DNA of 64,000 nt from Vicinamibacterales bacterium (GTDB lineage Bacteria > Acidobacteriota > Vicinamibacteria > Vicinamibacterales > JAENWD01), in contig DASVDJ010000074.1 in NCBI GenBank assembly GCA_036381155.1, positions 10,111 through 74,110 of the forward strand, given 5' to 3'. This document shows, piece after piece, positions 47,934 through 59,300 of this stretch (positions are counted from its first letter, which is position 1; each line of letters starts with the position of its first letter). A program made the translations under genes and the position numbers. Under the pieces are notes generated by a model, which searched no databases, had not been told where the DNA came from, and was given only the letters and a program-made list of their open reading frames with translations.

Positions 47934-48872
47934 TCACCGGCGGCGCTGGAGCTCGCGCAGCGCCCGATACCCGATCCGCTTGACCTGCTTTCGCTCGAGC
48001 AGCTCGCGGATCGACGGGTCGATCGTGAACAGCTCGTACTCGCGGGCACGGTCCTGCCACGAGCCGGTCATCGCGCGCATCTCCTCGCCGGGCAGGGCGG
48101 CGTGGATGTACAGCTCCGTCACGCCGGGGCGCAGGTTCTCGAGCATGCGGCGCCAGTAGTCGTCCACCGGCTCGCCCCGCCTGCGCTCCCCGTGAATCAG
48201 ATCGTCCGGATAGACGATGCCGTCGGCGTCGAGCTGCGCGCGCTGGTGCCCCGCGCCGATGGTCTCCAGTGCCGCCTGCGAGCCCATGCGGATCGGCAGG
48301 TCGAACTCCTTCGCCAGCCGGCGGTACGCCTGGAACCAGGGATCCGCGTACTGCAGCGCGCCCATGTGCGAGTCGAGGTGCGTGACGTCGATGCCCGCGT
48401 CGAGCGCCTTCCGGATCTGCGCGCGCGCCTCGATCTCCGCCTCCGCCGGTGTGCCGTGGCTGTACAGCTGCTGGAGATCCGGCCAGAGGTAGCCCTGCGG
48501 GTCGACCAGCCCGGGCACGACCGTGCGTCCGCTGACCGGGCCCCATCTCATGCCCTTCCACTCGGACGTGTGCACCAGATGCAGGCCGAAGTCGGCCTCC
48601 GGATGCTCCCGCGCGTACTGCGCGCTCTCGGGGAACCATGGGGCGGGCACCATGATCGTCGCGCTCGTCATGAGGCCCGTCTCGAGCGACGCGATCGTCG
48701 CCATGTTCGCCGCATGGCTCACGCCGACATCGTCGCCGTTGACGATCAGCACGATGTCCGTCGGGGAGAAGCCAAGCCGTTCGGCGAGCGACGGCGTGGT
48801 GGCGGACGCAGCGGCGCGGAAGGTGACGACCGCGAGGGCCGCGGCGAGCAGGGCAGTCAGTCTCAGCATCAT
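47934..48872 (-). CDS. ChbG/YdjC-family carbohydrate deacetylase with a signal peptide
   Basis: YdjC motifs are present (NGDDVGVSHAANMA, HLDSHMG), with a hydrophobic N-terminus (MMLRLTALLAAALAVVTFRAAAS). Confidence 0.75.
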   Translation of the reverse strand: MMLRLTALLAAALAVVTFRAAASATTPSLAERLGFSPTDIVLIVNGDDVGVSHAANMATIASLETGLMTSATIMVPAPWFPESAQYAREHPEADFGLHLVHTSEWKGMRWGPVSGRTVVPGLVDPQGYLWPDLQQLYSHGTPAEAEIEARAQIRKALDAGIDVTHLDSHMGALQYADPWFQAYRRLAKEFDLPIRMGSQAALETIGAGHQRAQLDADGIVYPDDLIHGERRRGEPVDDYWRRMLENLRPGVTELYIHAALPGEEMRAMTGSWQDRAREYELFTIDPSIRELLERKQVKRIGYRALRELQRRR

Positions 48873-49375
48873 GAGAGCTCTTCCACGGAAGCGGACCCGG
48901 CTCCGGCGGGGTGGGCGTTCCCTGGCCCTCCGCCTGGTCGAGGGCAGCCAGCCGGCGCGACGAAGCCCGATCCGTAGATCAGCATCAGCACCGGGCCGTG
49001 CTCCATCCGGAGCCCGAAGGGCGCGCCGTCCGTCCCGCCGATCCCGAGATACAGGCGGGACAGGAACGAGAACATGAACTTCAGCGGGTAGACGTAGAAC
49101 AGGATCACGAACAGCAGCAGGCTGTTCAGCGCGATGATCCAGCCGTCGACGACGCGGTAGGTCCGGAAGAAGCGGTAGTGCTCGAGCCAGATCCAGACGA
49201 GTATCGCGAAGCTGGCGGCGAACGCGGGAAACCCCTGCACCGTGCGGAGCAGCTCCGCGAAGGGGTTCGGGACCTCCAGCGAGACGACCAGCAGCGTGAG
49301 CGCGAAGGCGAAGACGCCGTCGCTGAACGCCTCGAGGCGCTCGGTGTCGGGCCCCCCGGTGCGGCGGGTGAACAC
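48869..49375 (-). CDS. TMEM175/DUF1211-family protein, apparently C-terminally truncated
   Basis: The RLEAFSDGVFAFALTLLV signature plus about four TM helices are followed by a non-hydrophobic Pro/Gly tail that overlaps the next gene by 4 nt. Confidence 0.6.
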   Translation of the reverse strand: MFTRRTGGPDTERLEAFSDGVFAFALTLLVVSLEVPNPFAELLRTVQGFPAFAASFAILVWIWLEHYRFFRTYRVVDGWIIALNSLLLFVILFYVYPLKFMFSFLSRLYLGIGGTDGAPFGLRMEHGPVLMLIYGSGFVAPAGCPRPGGGPGNAHPAGAGSASVEELS

Positions 49376-49381
49376 CGCGCT

Positions 49382-49387
49382 ATTCTA
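49382..49387 (-). promoter_or_regulatory. -10-like box TAGAAT, 6 nt upstream of GTG 49375 (leaderless-type)
   Basis: The minus strand reads TAGAAT-agcgcg-GTG. Confidence 0.4.
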
Positions 49388-49434
49388 GACAACCCGGCCG
49401 GGCGGCTCACGCGCCGTGCCGGCCTGGTGCACGC

Positions 49435-50085
49435 ATGCTGACGATCCGGACCCCGGGACCGCATCACGGACAGCCGATCCTGCAGGCCGGTCCCCCGCCC
49501 GGCGAGGCGCCCGTCGCCGGCGTGCTGGTGCACGGCCGCGGGGCGACGGCCGACGGGATACTGGAACTGGGGCGGGCGATCGCCCGTGACGGCGTGACCT
49601 GGCTCGCGCCGCAGGCGGCGGGGCACACCTGGTATCCGCAGCGGTTCCTGGCGCCCATCGAGGCCAACGAACCGTGGCTCTCGTCGGCGCTCGCGGCTGT
49701 CGGCGACGTGGTGGCGCAGCTGGAGGCGAGCGGACTGCCCGCCCGGCGCATCGTGCTGGTCGGCTTCTCGCAGGGCGCGTGCCTGGCGCTCGAGTGGCTG
49801 GCCCGGACGGCGCACGGCGTCGGCGCGGTCGCGGGACTCAGCGGCGGTCTCATCGGGCCGCCGGGAACGGTCTGGCCCGACACGGGCCGTCTCGATGCGA
49901 CGCGCGTGTTCCTCGGGTGCAGCGACATCGACGCGCACATCCCGAAGGAGCGCGTGCTCGAGACGGCGGACGTGCTCAGGGCCAGGGGCGCGGCCGTGGA
50001 CGCCGTGCTCTATCCGGGGATGGACCACACCGTGAGCCCGGACGAAGTGAAGCGGGTGCGGGAGCTGATCGAGTCGATGCAGTGA
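49435..50085 (+). CDS. alpha/beta hydrolase (phospholipase/carboxylesterase type)
   Basis: A GFSQGA nucleophile elbow and a C-terminal Asp/His region (DAHIP, MDHTV) are present. Confidence 0.75.
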   Translation: MLTIRTPGPHHGQPILQAGPPPGEAPVAGVLVHGRGATADGILELGRAIARDGVTWLAPQAAGHTWYPQRFLAPIEANEPWLSSALAAVGDVVAQLEASGLPARRIVLVGFSQGACLALEWLARTAHGVGAVAGLSGGLIGPPGTVWPDTGRLDATRVFLGCSDIDAHIPKERVLETADVLRARGAAVDAVLYPGMDHTVSPDEVKRVRELIESMQ

Positions 50086-50137
50086 GCGGCGCATCGGCGC
50101 GGGTTCGATGGGACGATTCGGGACGAGCCACCGGAGA

Positions 50138-50143
50138 TAGACT
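50138..50143 (+). promoter_or_regulatory. -10-like box TAGACT (within GATAGACT) upstream of 50168
   Basis: It lies 24 nt upstream of the ATG, with a GAGGGA Shine-Dalgarno between. Confidence 0.25.
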
Positions 50144-50167
50144 CGGCGCCGGACGCGAGGGACCCCC

Positions 50168-51070
50168 ATGAACGTGACGAGACGTGAGCTGTTGCAGACG
50201 GCGGTGCTGGCAGGGGCGGGATCGCTGATGGCCGGGAGGGCGCATGCCGCGCCGCAGGCCCTCGGCGTGCAGCTCTACACGGTGCGCGACCAGATCACCG
50301 CGGATCCGGGCCCGACGCTCGAGGCGATCGCGGGCATCGGCTACCGGGAGGTCGAGGTGCTGCGCGGCACGCTCGACAAGGTCGCGCCGCTGGCCAGGCG
50401 TGTCGGGCTCTCGCCGGTGAGCATCCATGTCGAGACGCCCATCGTCACGGGCAAGTGGGATGCCTGGTCGTTCATGCGGAACGCCGTGCCGGAGGGCTAC
50501 GGACTGACCGAGGCGCTGCACGACGCGAAGGCGCACGGGGCGAAGTACTTCGTGCTGCCGTATCTCATGCCGACCGAACGCGAGCACACGGCGGCGTTCT
50601 ACACGGGCCTGGCCGAGACGATGAACCGCGCCGGCCGACAGGCCGCCGACGCCGGGCTGCAGTTCTGCTATCACAACCACGGGTTCGAGTTCGAGCCGCT
50701 GCCGGACGGCCGGCTGCCGCTGGACGTGCTGATGGCCGCCACGGATCCGGCGCTGGTGAAGCTGGAGCTCGACGTGTTCTGGGTCGGCATCACCGGCAAC
50801 GATCCCGTCGGGATGATCCGGAAGTACGGCCGCCGCATCGCGCTGATGCACCTGAAGGACAAGAGCGCCGGTGCGCCGAAAGCCACGCAGGAGATGCAGG
50901 TGCCGCCGACGGCATTCAGCGAGGTGGGCAGCGGCTCGCTCGATTTCCCCGCGATCCTGAAGGCGGCGGCCGACGCGGGCGTCGCGCACTATTTCGTCGA
51001 GCAGGATCACACGCCGGGCAATCCGATCGACAGCCTGCGGAAGAGCTACCAGTACCTGCGTAGCGTCTGA
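50168..51070 (+). CDS. xylose-isomerase-like TIM-barrel (sugar phosphate isomerase/epimerase) with a Tat-type signal
   Basis: A twin-arginine-like leader (MNVTRRELLQTAVLAGAGSLMAGRAHA) and the AP-endonuclease-2/TIM pattern (FCYHNHGFEF, LMHLKD) are present. Confidence 0.75.
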   Translation: MNVTRRELLQTAVLAGAGSLMAGRAHAAPQALGVQLYTVRDQITADPGPTLEAIAGIGYREVEVLRGTLDKVAPLARRVGLSPVSIHVETPIVTGKWDAWSFMRNAVPEGYGLTEALHDAKAHGAKYFVLPYLMPTEREHTAAFYTGLAETMNRAGRQAADAGLQFCYHNHGFEFEPLPDGRLPLDVLMAATDPALVKLELDVFWVGITGNDPVGMIRKYGRRIALMHLKDKSAGAPKATQEMQVPPTAFSEVGSGSLDFPAILKAAADAGVAHYFVEQDHTPGNPIDSLRKSYQYLRSV

Positions 51071-51085
51071 GCGGCGTTCGAACTC

Positions 51086-51116
51086 GGAGACCGCAGAGGC
51101 CGCAGAGAACGCAGAG
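51086..51116. repeat. 9-mer array of the CGCAGAG type (3 units)
   Basis: GGAGACCGCAGAG GCCGCAGAG AACGCAGAG lies 16 nt after the stop at 51070. Confidence 0.7.
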
Positions 51117-51189
51117 CTCAGCGCGAGTAGCAAAGTACCGCAGAGGCTTCGGAGGAGTGGAGGCAGCCCCGACCCTGTGGGAGAACGGC

Positions 51190-51714
51190 ATGGACAAGCG
51201 CACCCGCGGATACCTCTGGATCGCGCTCGGCGTGGTCCTCCTCCTCGTCATGGTGGGCGGTGTGCTCGTCATCGGGGGCGGCTACTGGTTCTATCAGCAG
51301 GTCGCTCCGCAGGAGCAGAGGCTCGACCCCGAGGCGGCCGCGCAGGAGCTCGATGCCATCAGGGCGCGCTTCGCCGGCCGTGCGCCGATCTTCGATCTCG
51401 AGGAGTCCGGAGAGGGGCAGGCGACGGTGCGGCTCCGCCCGGATTCGACCCGGCCCGCGTCGCCCGCGCGGATCACCAGCATCCGCGTCGTGGCGTACAA
51501 CCCGGCGAAGCGGACGCTGGTGCGGTTCTCCGTTCCGTTCTGGCTGCTCCGGTACACCCCAAACGCGAAGATCACCATCAGCGAGGACGGCACGGTCGTG
51601 GAAGGCGGGGAGGGGACGCCGTTCACCGTTCGGGAGCTCGAGCGTATCGGGCCGGCGCTCCTGGTGGACGACACGGACGCGGACGGCGAACAGGTGATCG
51701 TCTGGACCGAGTGA
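51190..51714 (+). CDS. hypothetical N-terminally anchored protein
   Basis: MDKRTRGYLWIALGVVLLLVMVGGVLVIGGGYWFY is the TM anchor. A GGGAGAA Shine-Dalgarno lies upstream. No family recognised. Confidence 0.55.
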   Translation: MDKRTRGYLWIALGVVLLLVMVGGVLVIGGGYWFYQQVAPQEQRLDPEAAAQELDAIRARFAGRAPIFDLEESGEGQATVRLRPDSTRPASPARITSIRVVAYNPAKRTLVRFSVPFWLLRYTPNAKITISEDGTVVEGGEGTPFTVRELERIGPALLVDDTDADGEQVIVWTE

Positions 51715-51735
51715 CCGGCGGCACGCGCGCGATTC

Positions 51736-53658
51736 TCAGACGCGCGCGCCGACGATCTCGCGGAAGAACGCCTCGGCGTTGACCGGCCGCCCGAGGAACC
51801 GCTCGACGAGCACCTGGGCCGGCTCCTCGCCGCCGCGGCTCAGCACCTCGCGCCGGAAGCGCCGGCCCGCTTCGGGGTTCATCAGGTGGTCGCCGAACAC
51901 CGACAGCATGTCGAGCGCGATCACCTCCGCCCACATGTAGCCGTAATACCCGGCCGCGTATCCGCCGACGATGTGGGCGAAGGTGCCGGGGAAGGCGGTG
52001 CCGTCCACATGTCCGAGCCGGGTGTCGGCCTCCATCCGCCGCCAGATCTCCAGCGCCGGGCCCGGCGAAGGCCCGGTCATGGCCAGGTCGTACGTCGCAT
52101 ACAGCCACTGCCGCGCGTAGAGCAGGCCCTGGCCGAAGCGGCGCGCCTCGTTCAACCGCTCCACGAGCCCGGCATCCATCACCGGCGTGTCCGGCGAGAC
52201 GACGCGCATGCGCTCGAGGCTCTCGAGCCTCCGCGTCCACTCCTCGTAGATCTGCGACGGCGTCTCGACGAAGTCGCGCTGCACGCTCGTGCCGGCGTGG
52301 AAGTTGAACTCGGTCTCCGACAGCACGCCGTGCAGGATGTGGCCGAACTCGTGGAACAGCGTCTCGACCTCGTCGTGCGTCAGGCCGCGGCGATCGAAGT
52401 TCGTGACCAGCACGCTGATCGGCGTGCGGTTGGTCCGCCTGCTGACGCCGCGCACCGGCCAGGCGGCGGCGTGGCTGAACTTCCCCTCGCGCGGGTAGAG
52501 GTCGAAGTAGATGCCGCCGATGAACCGGCCGTCGTCTCGATCGAGCACGTCGACGTACATCACGTCCTCGTGCCAGACGGGCACGCGCGCCTCCACGAAG
52601 CGCAGGCCGAACAGCTCGCCGCTGACATCGAGCAGCCAGTCGATCGTCGCGCGGGGCGGGAAGTACTTCCGCAGCGATTCCTGGTCGACGCGGTAGCGCT
52701 GCTCGCGCAGCCGCTCGCTGAGGAAGGCGAGGTCCCAGCGGTGCACGAGCGTGCGGTCGGCCGGCGTGCCGTTGCGGCTCGCCTTGAGCGCGCGCAGCTC
52801 CTCGAGGTCGCGGCGCTCGGCCTCTTCGACCGCGGTCTTCACCTCCTGGAGGAACCGGTGGACCGCCTCCGGGGTGCCTGCCATCCGGCGGCGCAGCACG
52901 AAGTGCGCGAAGCTGGGCAGGTCGTACAGGGACGCCAGCTCGCGCCGCAACGCCATCACCTCGTCGAGGATCTCGACATTGCGCGCCGTGCCGCGGTTCA
53001 GATACGCGACGTAGTAGCGGCGCCGCGCCTCCTCGCTCTCGGCGTTCGCCATGAACGGATTGAAGTCCGGGTAGTCGAACGACAGGAGGTAGCGCCCGTC
53101 GGCGTCGCGCGGCTGCCGCGCGATGAACGCCTCCGGGAGCCCGCGCATCTCGTCGGGCGTGAACGCGATCCGCTGCGGGTTGTCGCGGAGGTTGCGTGAG
53201 AACTCCTGATAGAGCACCGTGATGCGCTCGGCGATCGCCTTCGCCCGCGCGCGCCGCTCGGGCGGCAGCGTCACCCCCGTGTCCTCGAACGACTCGATCA
53301 GGTCCTTGCGGAACTGGGCCTCGGCCGGCGTGCCCGGCCTGACCGCCTGCACCCGCGCGTACAGCGCCTCGTTCTGGAAGATCTCGACCTGGAACGCCGC
53401 CAGCTGCCGCACGGCCTCGTCGGCCGCATCGCGCACGGCCTTGTCCGGGTGCACGTTGTTCAGGATCGACACCGGCCCTTCGATGTTCTCGACGAGCTGG
53501 CCGAGGCGATCCCATTCGTCGAGCACCGAGGCCGGCGTGGCCTCCTCCAGCGGCAGCGCCGCCAGCCGCTCGAAGCCGGCGCGCACGTCGGCGAGGATCT
53601 GGGTGCACGCGGCGGTCAGCGTGACCGCATCGAGGATGGGCAGGGTGACACGGGACAC
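51736..53658 (-). CDS. M3-family oligopeptidase (thimet/Dcp-like)
   Basis: An HEFGH zinc motif is present and the length is 640 aa. GTG 53658 lies 5 nt after GGAG. The 1047-aa track ORF is a stop-free read-through across the upstream gene. Confidence 0.85.
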   Translation of the reverse strand: MSRVTLPILDAVTLTAACTQILADVRAGFERLAALPLEEATPASVLDEWDRLGQLVENIEGPVSILNNVHPDKAVRDAADEAVRQLAAFQVEIFQNEALYARVQAVRPGTPAEAQFRKDLIESFEDTGVTLPPERRARAKAIAERITVLYQEFSRNLRDNPQRIAFTPDEMRGLPEAFIARQPRDADGRYLLSFDYPDFNPFMANAESEEARRRYYVAYLNRGTARNVEILDEVMALRRELASLYDLPSFAHFVLRRRMAGTPEAVHRFLQEVKTAVEEAERRDLEELRALKASRNGTPADRTLVHRWDLAFLSERLREQRYRVDQESLRKYFPPRATIDWLLDVSGELFGLRFVEARVPVWHEDVMYVDVLDRDDGRFIGGIYFDLYPREGKFSHAAAWPVRGVSRRTNRTPISVLVTNFDRRGLTHDEVETLFHEFGHILHGVLSETEFNFHAGTSVQRDFVETPSQIYEEWTRRLESLERMRVVSPDTPVMDAGLVERLNEARRFGQGLLYARQWLYATYDLAMTGPSPGPALEIWRRMEADTRLGHVDGTAFPGTFAHIVGGYAAGYYGYMWAEVIALDMLSVFGDHLMNPEAGRRFRREVLSRGGEEPAQVLVERFLGRPVNAEAFFREIVGARV

Positions 53659-53666
53659 GGGAGCTC

Positions 53667-54680
53667 CTAGCGCGCGACGGCGTACACCGCCTCGCGGGAG
53701 TGATACCCGTCCGCGATGACGGTGACGTCGATGTTGGTGCGGTCGACGGCGATGGGATCGAGCAGGCGCGCCGGCACGTCCTTCAGGCCGTTGTTGACCT
53801 TGACGAGACTGTCCACGGTCTCGCCGCGGGCGAGGCTCACGGCCGCGCCGGCGGCCATCCGCGCGAGCGGCCGGAGCGGCTTGTACACGGTCATGGTCTG
53901 CGTGCCCTCGATGATGCGCTGACAGGCGGCGAGATCGGCGTCCTGGCCGGACACGGCCACGCGGCCCGCGAGCCGCGCCTTCGTCAGCGCCTCCACCGCG
54001 CCGCTCGCCGTGCTGTCGTTCGACGCCACGATCGCCTGGATGTCGCGCGTCTGGCGCAGCACCTCGCTCACGGCCTGGGCTGCGCGCTCCGGGTCCCAGC
54101 CCGGCACCCAGCGGTCGGCGACGATGCGGATGCGGCCGGCATCGATGGCCGGCTGCAGCACGGCGAGCTGCCCGTCGCGCACGAGCCGCGCGTTGTGGTC
54201 GGTCGGCGAGCCGCCGAGCAGGACGTAGCGGCCGGACGGCCGCACCTCGAGCAGCGCCTCGGCCTGCAGCCGGCCGACCTTCACGTTGTCGAACGAGACG
54301 TACAGCGCGACGTCGGCGTTGCGGATCAGCCGATCGTAGCTGACGACCGGCACCCCGCGCGCCGCGGCGTCGCGGACGATCGCGCCCGCGCGATCGAGAT
54401 CGGTCGGCACGATCACGAGCGCGTCGACACCGGTGGCGAGCAGCTCGCCGGCCAGCGCGTGCTGACGCTCCGCGTCGCCGTCGGCCGAGCGGACGGCGAC
54501 CTCGACGCCGAGCTCGTGCGCCCTGGCGACGAAGAGGTCGCGGTCGCGCTCCCAGCGCTCCTCGCGCAGCGTATCGAACACGAGCCCGACTGTTGTCCGG
54601 TCGGCCGCCTGGCCTTCCGGCTGCGACCCGCCGCAGCCCGTCGCCAGGAGCGCCGCCAGCACGACACCGACCAGCCGCAT
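53667..54680 (-). CDS. periplasmic sugar-binding lipoprotein (XylF-like, ABC substrate-binding), orphan
   Basis: A lipobox (LLATGCGG) and type-I periplasmic-binding-protein pattern (VGLVFDTL, VDALVIVP, VVSYDRL) are present. No permease or ATPase is adjacent. Confidence 0.7.
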   Translation of the reverse strand: MRLVGVVLAALLATGCGGSQPEGQAADRTTVGLVFDTLREERWERDRDLFVARAHELGVEVAVRSADGDAERQHALAGELLATGVDALVIVPTDLDRAGAIVRDAAARGVPVVSYDRLIRNADVALYVSFDNVKVGRLQAEALLEVRPSGRYVLLGGSPTDHNARLVRDGQLAVLQPAIDAGRIRIVADRWVPGWDPERAAQAVSEVLRQTRDIQAIVASNDSTASGAVEALTKARLAGRVAVSGQDADLAACQRIIEGTQTMTVYKPLRPLARMAAGAAVSLARGETVDSLVKVNNGLKDVPARLLDPIAVDRTNIDVTVIADGYHSREAVYAVAR

Positions 54681-54738
54681 GCGTCGAGCACCTCCGTCGT
54701 GAGGACTGTACCCTTCCCCGGTCGCCCCGAACAAGGTG

Positions 54739-54744
54739 TACACT
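54739..54744 (+). promoter_or_regulatory. -10-like box TACACT, 7 nt upstream of ATG 54752 (leaderless-type)
   Basis: The sequence reads TACACT-gcgccgc-ATG. Confidence 0.4.
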
Positions 54745-54751
54745 GCGCCGC

Positions 54752-56002
54752 ATGTCCGCCCACGCGACCTCCTCGTCCGGTACCGTTGCGTCCGTCGACG
54801 CCATCCGCGCCTGCTTTCCGGCGCTGGAGCGGCGGTATGGCGGGCAGCGGGTCGCGTACTTCGACGGCCCGGGCGGCACGCAGGTGCCGCAGGCGGTGGT
54901 CGACGCGATGGCCGACTACCTGCTGCACCACAACGCCAACACCCATTGGCACTTTCCGACGAGCCTCGAGACCGACGCCGCGCTCGAGCACGCGCGGACG
55001 GTGTTCGCCGACTTCCTGAATGCGACGCCCGCCGAGATCGCGTTCGGGCTCAACATGACCACGCTGACGTTCCACGTCGCGCGGGCGCTCGGGCGGGGCT
55101 GGGGAGCCGGCGACGAGGTGGTCGTCACGGAGCTCGACCACCACGCCAACGTCGCGCCATGGCAGGCGCTCGCGCGCGAGCGCGGCGTCACGCTGCGCGT
55201 CGTCCCGGTCGATCCGGCGCGGGGCGTGCTCGAGGAGGACGCGCTGGCGCGCGCGATCGGGCCGCGCACGCGGCTGGTGGCCGTCGGCGCGGCCTCCAAC
55301 GCGCTCGGCACGATCACCGACGTCTCACGGGTCGCCGCGCTCGCGCATGCGGTTGGCGCACTCGTCTTCGTCGACGCCGTGCACTACGCGCCGCATGCGC
55401 TGGTGGACGTCCGGGCGCTCGGCTGCGACCTGCTGGCGTGCTCGGCGTACAAGTTCTACGGGCCGCACGTCGGCGTGCTGTTCGGCCGCCGCGATCTGAT
55501 CGAGGCGCTCGACGTGCCGAAGCTGGAGCCGGCGCCGAACACGGCACCCGAGCGGCTGGAGACCGGCACGCAGAACCACGAGGGGATCGTCGGCGCGGCC
55601 GCGGCGGTGGAGTTCCTGGCGTCGCTGTCGGACAGCGGACTGCCGCGGCGCGAAGCGCTCGTGCGCGTCTTCGACGAACTGCACCGACGCGGACAGGCGC
55701 TCGTGACCCGGCTGTATGGGGGGCTGGCGGCGATTCCCGGCGTGACCGTGTACGGGCCGCCGCCCGACGCGCCGCGCACGCCGACGATCGCGTTCGTCGT
55801 CCGGGATCGCACGTCCGACGAGATCGCGCGCGAGCTGGCCTCGCGCGGGCTGTTCCTCTCGAACGGGGACTTCTACGCCAGCACCGTCGTCCGCCGCCTC
55901 GGACACGCCGAGGACGGGCTCGTGCGCGCCGGCTGTGCGTGCTACACCAGCGACGAGGAAGTCGAGCGTCTCGTTGCCGCGGTCGCGGAGATCGCGGCGT
56001 AG
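54752..56002 (+). CDS. class V aminotransferase, cysteine desulfurase-like
   Basis: A PLP-lysine motif (SAYKFYGPH) and HHANVAPW are present, and the ~416-aa length fits. Confidence 0.8.
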   Translation: MSAHATSSSGTVASVDAIRACFPALERRYGGQRVAYFDGPGGTQVPQAVVDAMADYLLHHNANTHWHFPTSLETDAALEHARTVFADFLNATPAEIAFGLNMTTLTFHVARALGRGWGAGDEVVVTELDHHANVAPWQALARERGVTLRVVPVDPARGVLEEDALARAIGPRTRLVAVGAASNALGTITDVSRVAALAHAVGALVFVDAVHYAPHALVDVRALGCDLLACSAYKFYGPHVGVLFGRRDLIEALDVPKLEPAPNTAPERLETGTQNHEGIVGAAAAVEFLASLSDSGLPRREALVRVFDELHRRGQALVTRLYGGLAAIPGVTVYGPPPDAPRTPTIAFVVRDRTSDEIARELASRGLFLSNGDFYASTVVRRLGHAEDGLVRAGCACYTSDEEVERLVAAVAEIAA

Positions 56003-56046
56003 CCCGGCCGGCACGCGGCCCGCCGGATCACGAAGGGAGCGAACCC

Positions 56047-56271
56047 GTGCGCGCTACCGCCATCGTCGGTGTCGTCCTGATCGTGCTCGGGCTGGCCGGG
56101 CTGTTGCTGGGCGGCTTCTCCTACACGCGCAAGGACGAGGTGCTCGACCTCGGCGCCGTCGAGGCAACCGTCGAACGCCGCGAGAACGTGCGGGTTCCGC
56201 CGGTGGTCAGCGGCCTGGTGCTGGCCGCGGGCGTGGCGCTGCTGTTCGTGGGACGGAAAGGCGTGCGCTGA
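56047..56271 (+). CDS. small two-TM membrane protein
   Basis: 74 aa (VRATAIVGVVLIVLGLAGLLLGG...VVSGLVLAAGVALLFVG). An AAGGGAG Shine-Dalgarno lies 9 nt upstream of GTG 56047. Confidence 0.45.
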   Translation: MRATAIVGVVLIVLGLAGLLLGGFSYTRKDEVLDLGAVEATVERRENVRVPPVVSGLVLAAGVALLFVGRKGVR

Positions 56272-56284
56272 GCGCGTCCAGGGC

Positions 56285-56359
56285 TGGTGGGTCCCCCGGG
56301 GATCGAACCCGGGACAGCCTGATTAAAAGTCAGGTGCTCTACCACTGAGCTAGGGACCC
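56285..56359 (-). tRNA. tRNA-Lys (anticodon UUU), CCA encoded
   Basis: The cloverleaf reads: GGGTCCC acceptor, GCTC-AGTGGTA-GAGC D arm, CCTGA-CTTTTAA-TCAGG anticodon arm, CTGTC variable loop, CCGGG-TTCGATC-CCCGG T arm, GGGACCC-A-CCA. Confidence 0.95.
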
Positions 56360-56366
56360 GGTGCCG

Positions 56367-56372
56367 ATCTTA
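56367..56372 (-). promoter_or_regulatory. -10-like box TAAGAT, 7 nt upstream of the mature tRNA-Lys 5' end
   Basis: The minus strand reads TAAGAT-cggcacc-GGGTCCC. Confidence 0.35.
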
Positions 56373-56377
56373 CCATC

Positions 56378-56618
56378 GCGGATTTCGGATTGCGGATTGC
56401 GGATTGATTGCGGATTGTGGGCTGACGCGGGTCGATTGCGGATTCCTGCGGATTGACGGCTCGCTTCGCTCGCTGCAAGTGCGGATTCAGGATCCGCAAT
56501 GAGTGGCCGGAACGAATCAGCCGGCCGCGCGATCCGCAAGCGTCCGCAATGGCAGGGCGGGCCGCCAGGCCCGCCTCGCGAATCCGCAATCAATCCGCAA
56601 TCCGCAATCCGCAATCGC
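56378..56618. repeat. GCGGATT heptamer region bounded by a perfect 31-bp inverted repeat (MITE-like/palindromic)
   Basis: 56386-56416 (CGGATTGCGGATTGCGGATTGATTGCGGATT) is the exact reverse complement of 56581-56611. A central hairpin TGCGGAT-tcagg-ATCCGCA lies at 56480-56498. Confidence 0.85.
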
Positions 56619-56624
56619 TATAAT
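56619..56624 (+). promoter_or_regulatory. consensus -10 box TATAAT, 9 nt upstream of GTG 56634
   Basis: The sequence reads TATAAT-cttgagcga-GTG. There is no Shine-Dalgarno. Confidence 0.4.
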
Positions 56625-56633
56625 CTTGAGCGA

Positions 56634-59294
<2,661 letters not shown>

Positions 59295-59300
59295 CCGGCG

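Noticed and set aside
51736-54879. 1047-aa minus-strand ORF suggesting a giant peptidase
   Set aside because: The frame is merely stop-free across the upstream XylF-like gene. The part upstream of 53658 is Arg/Gly/Ala-rich nonsense that overlaps a real gene in another frame. GGAG-N5-GTG at 53658 gives a normal 640-aa M3 peptidase.
56499-56633. ATG 56499 as the start of the Ser/Thr kinase (931-aa track ORF)
   Set aside because: The first 45 codons are translations of the AATCCGC heptamer array (..RESAINPQSAIRNRYN..). The kinase domain begins right after GTG 56634, which also follows a consensus TATAAT box.
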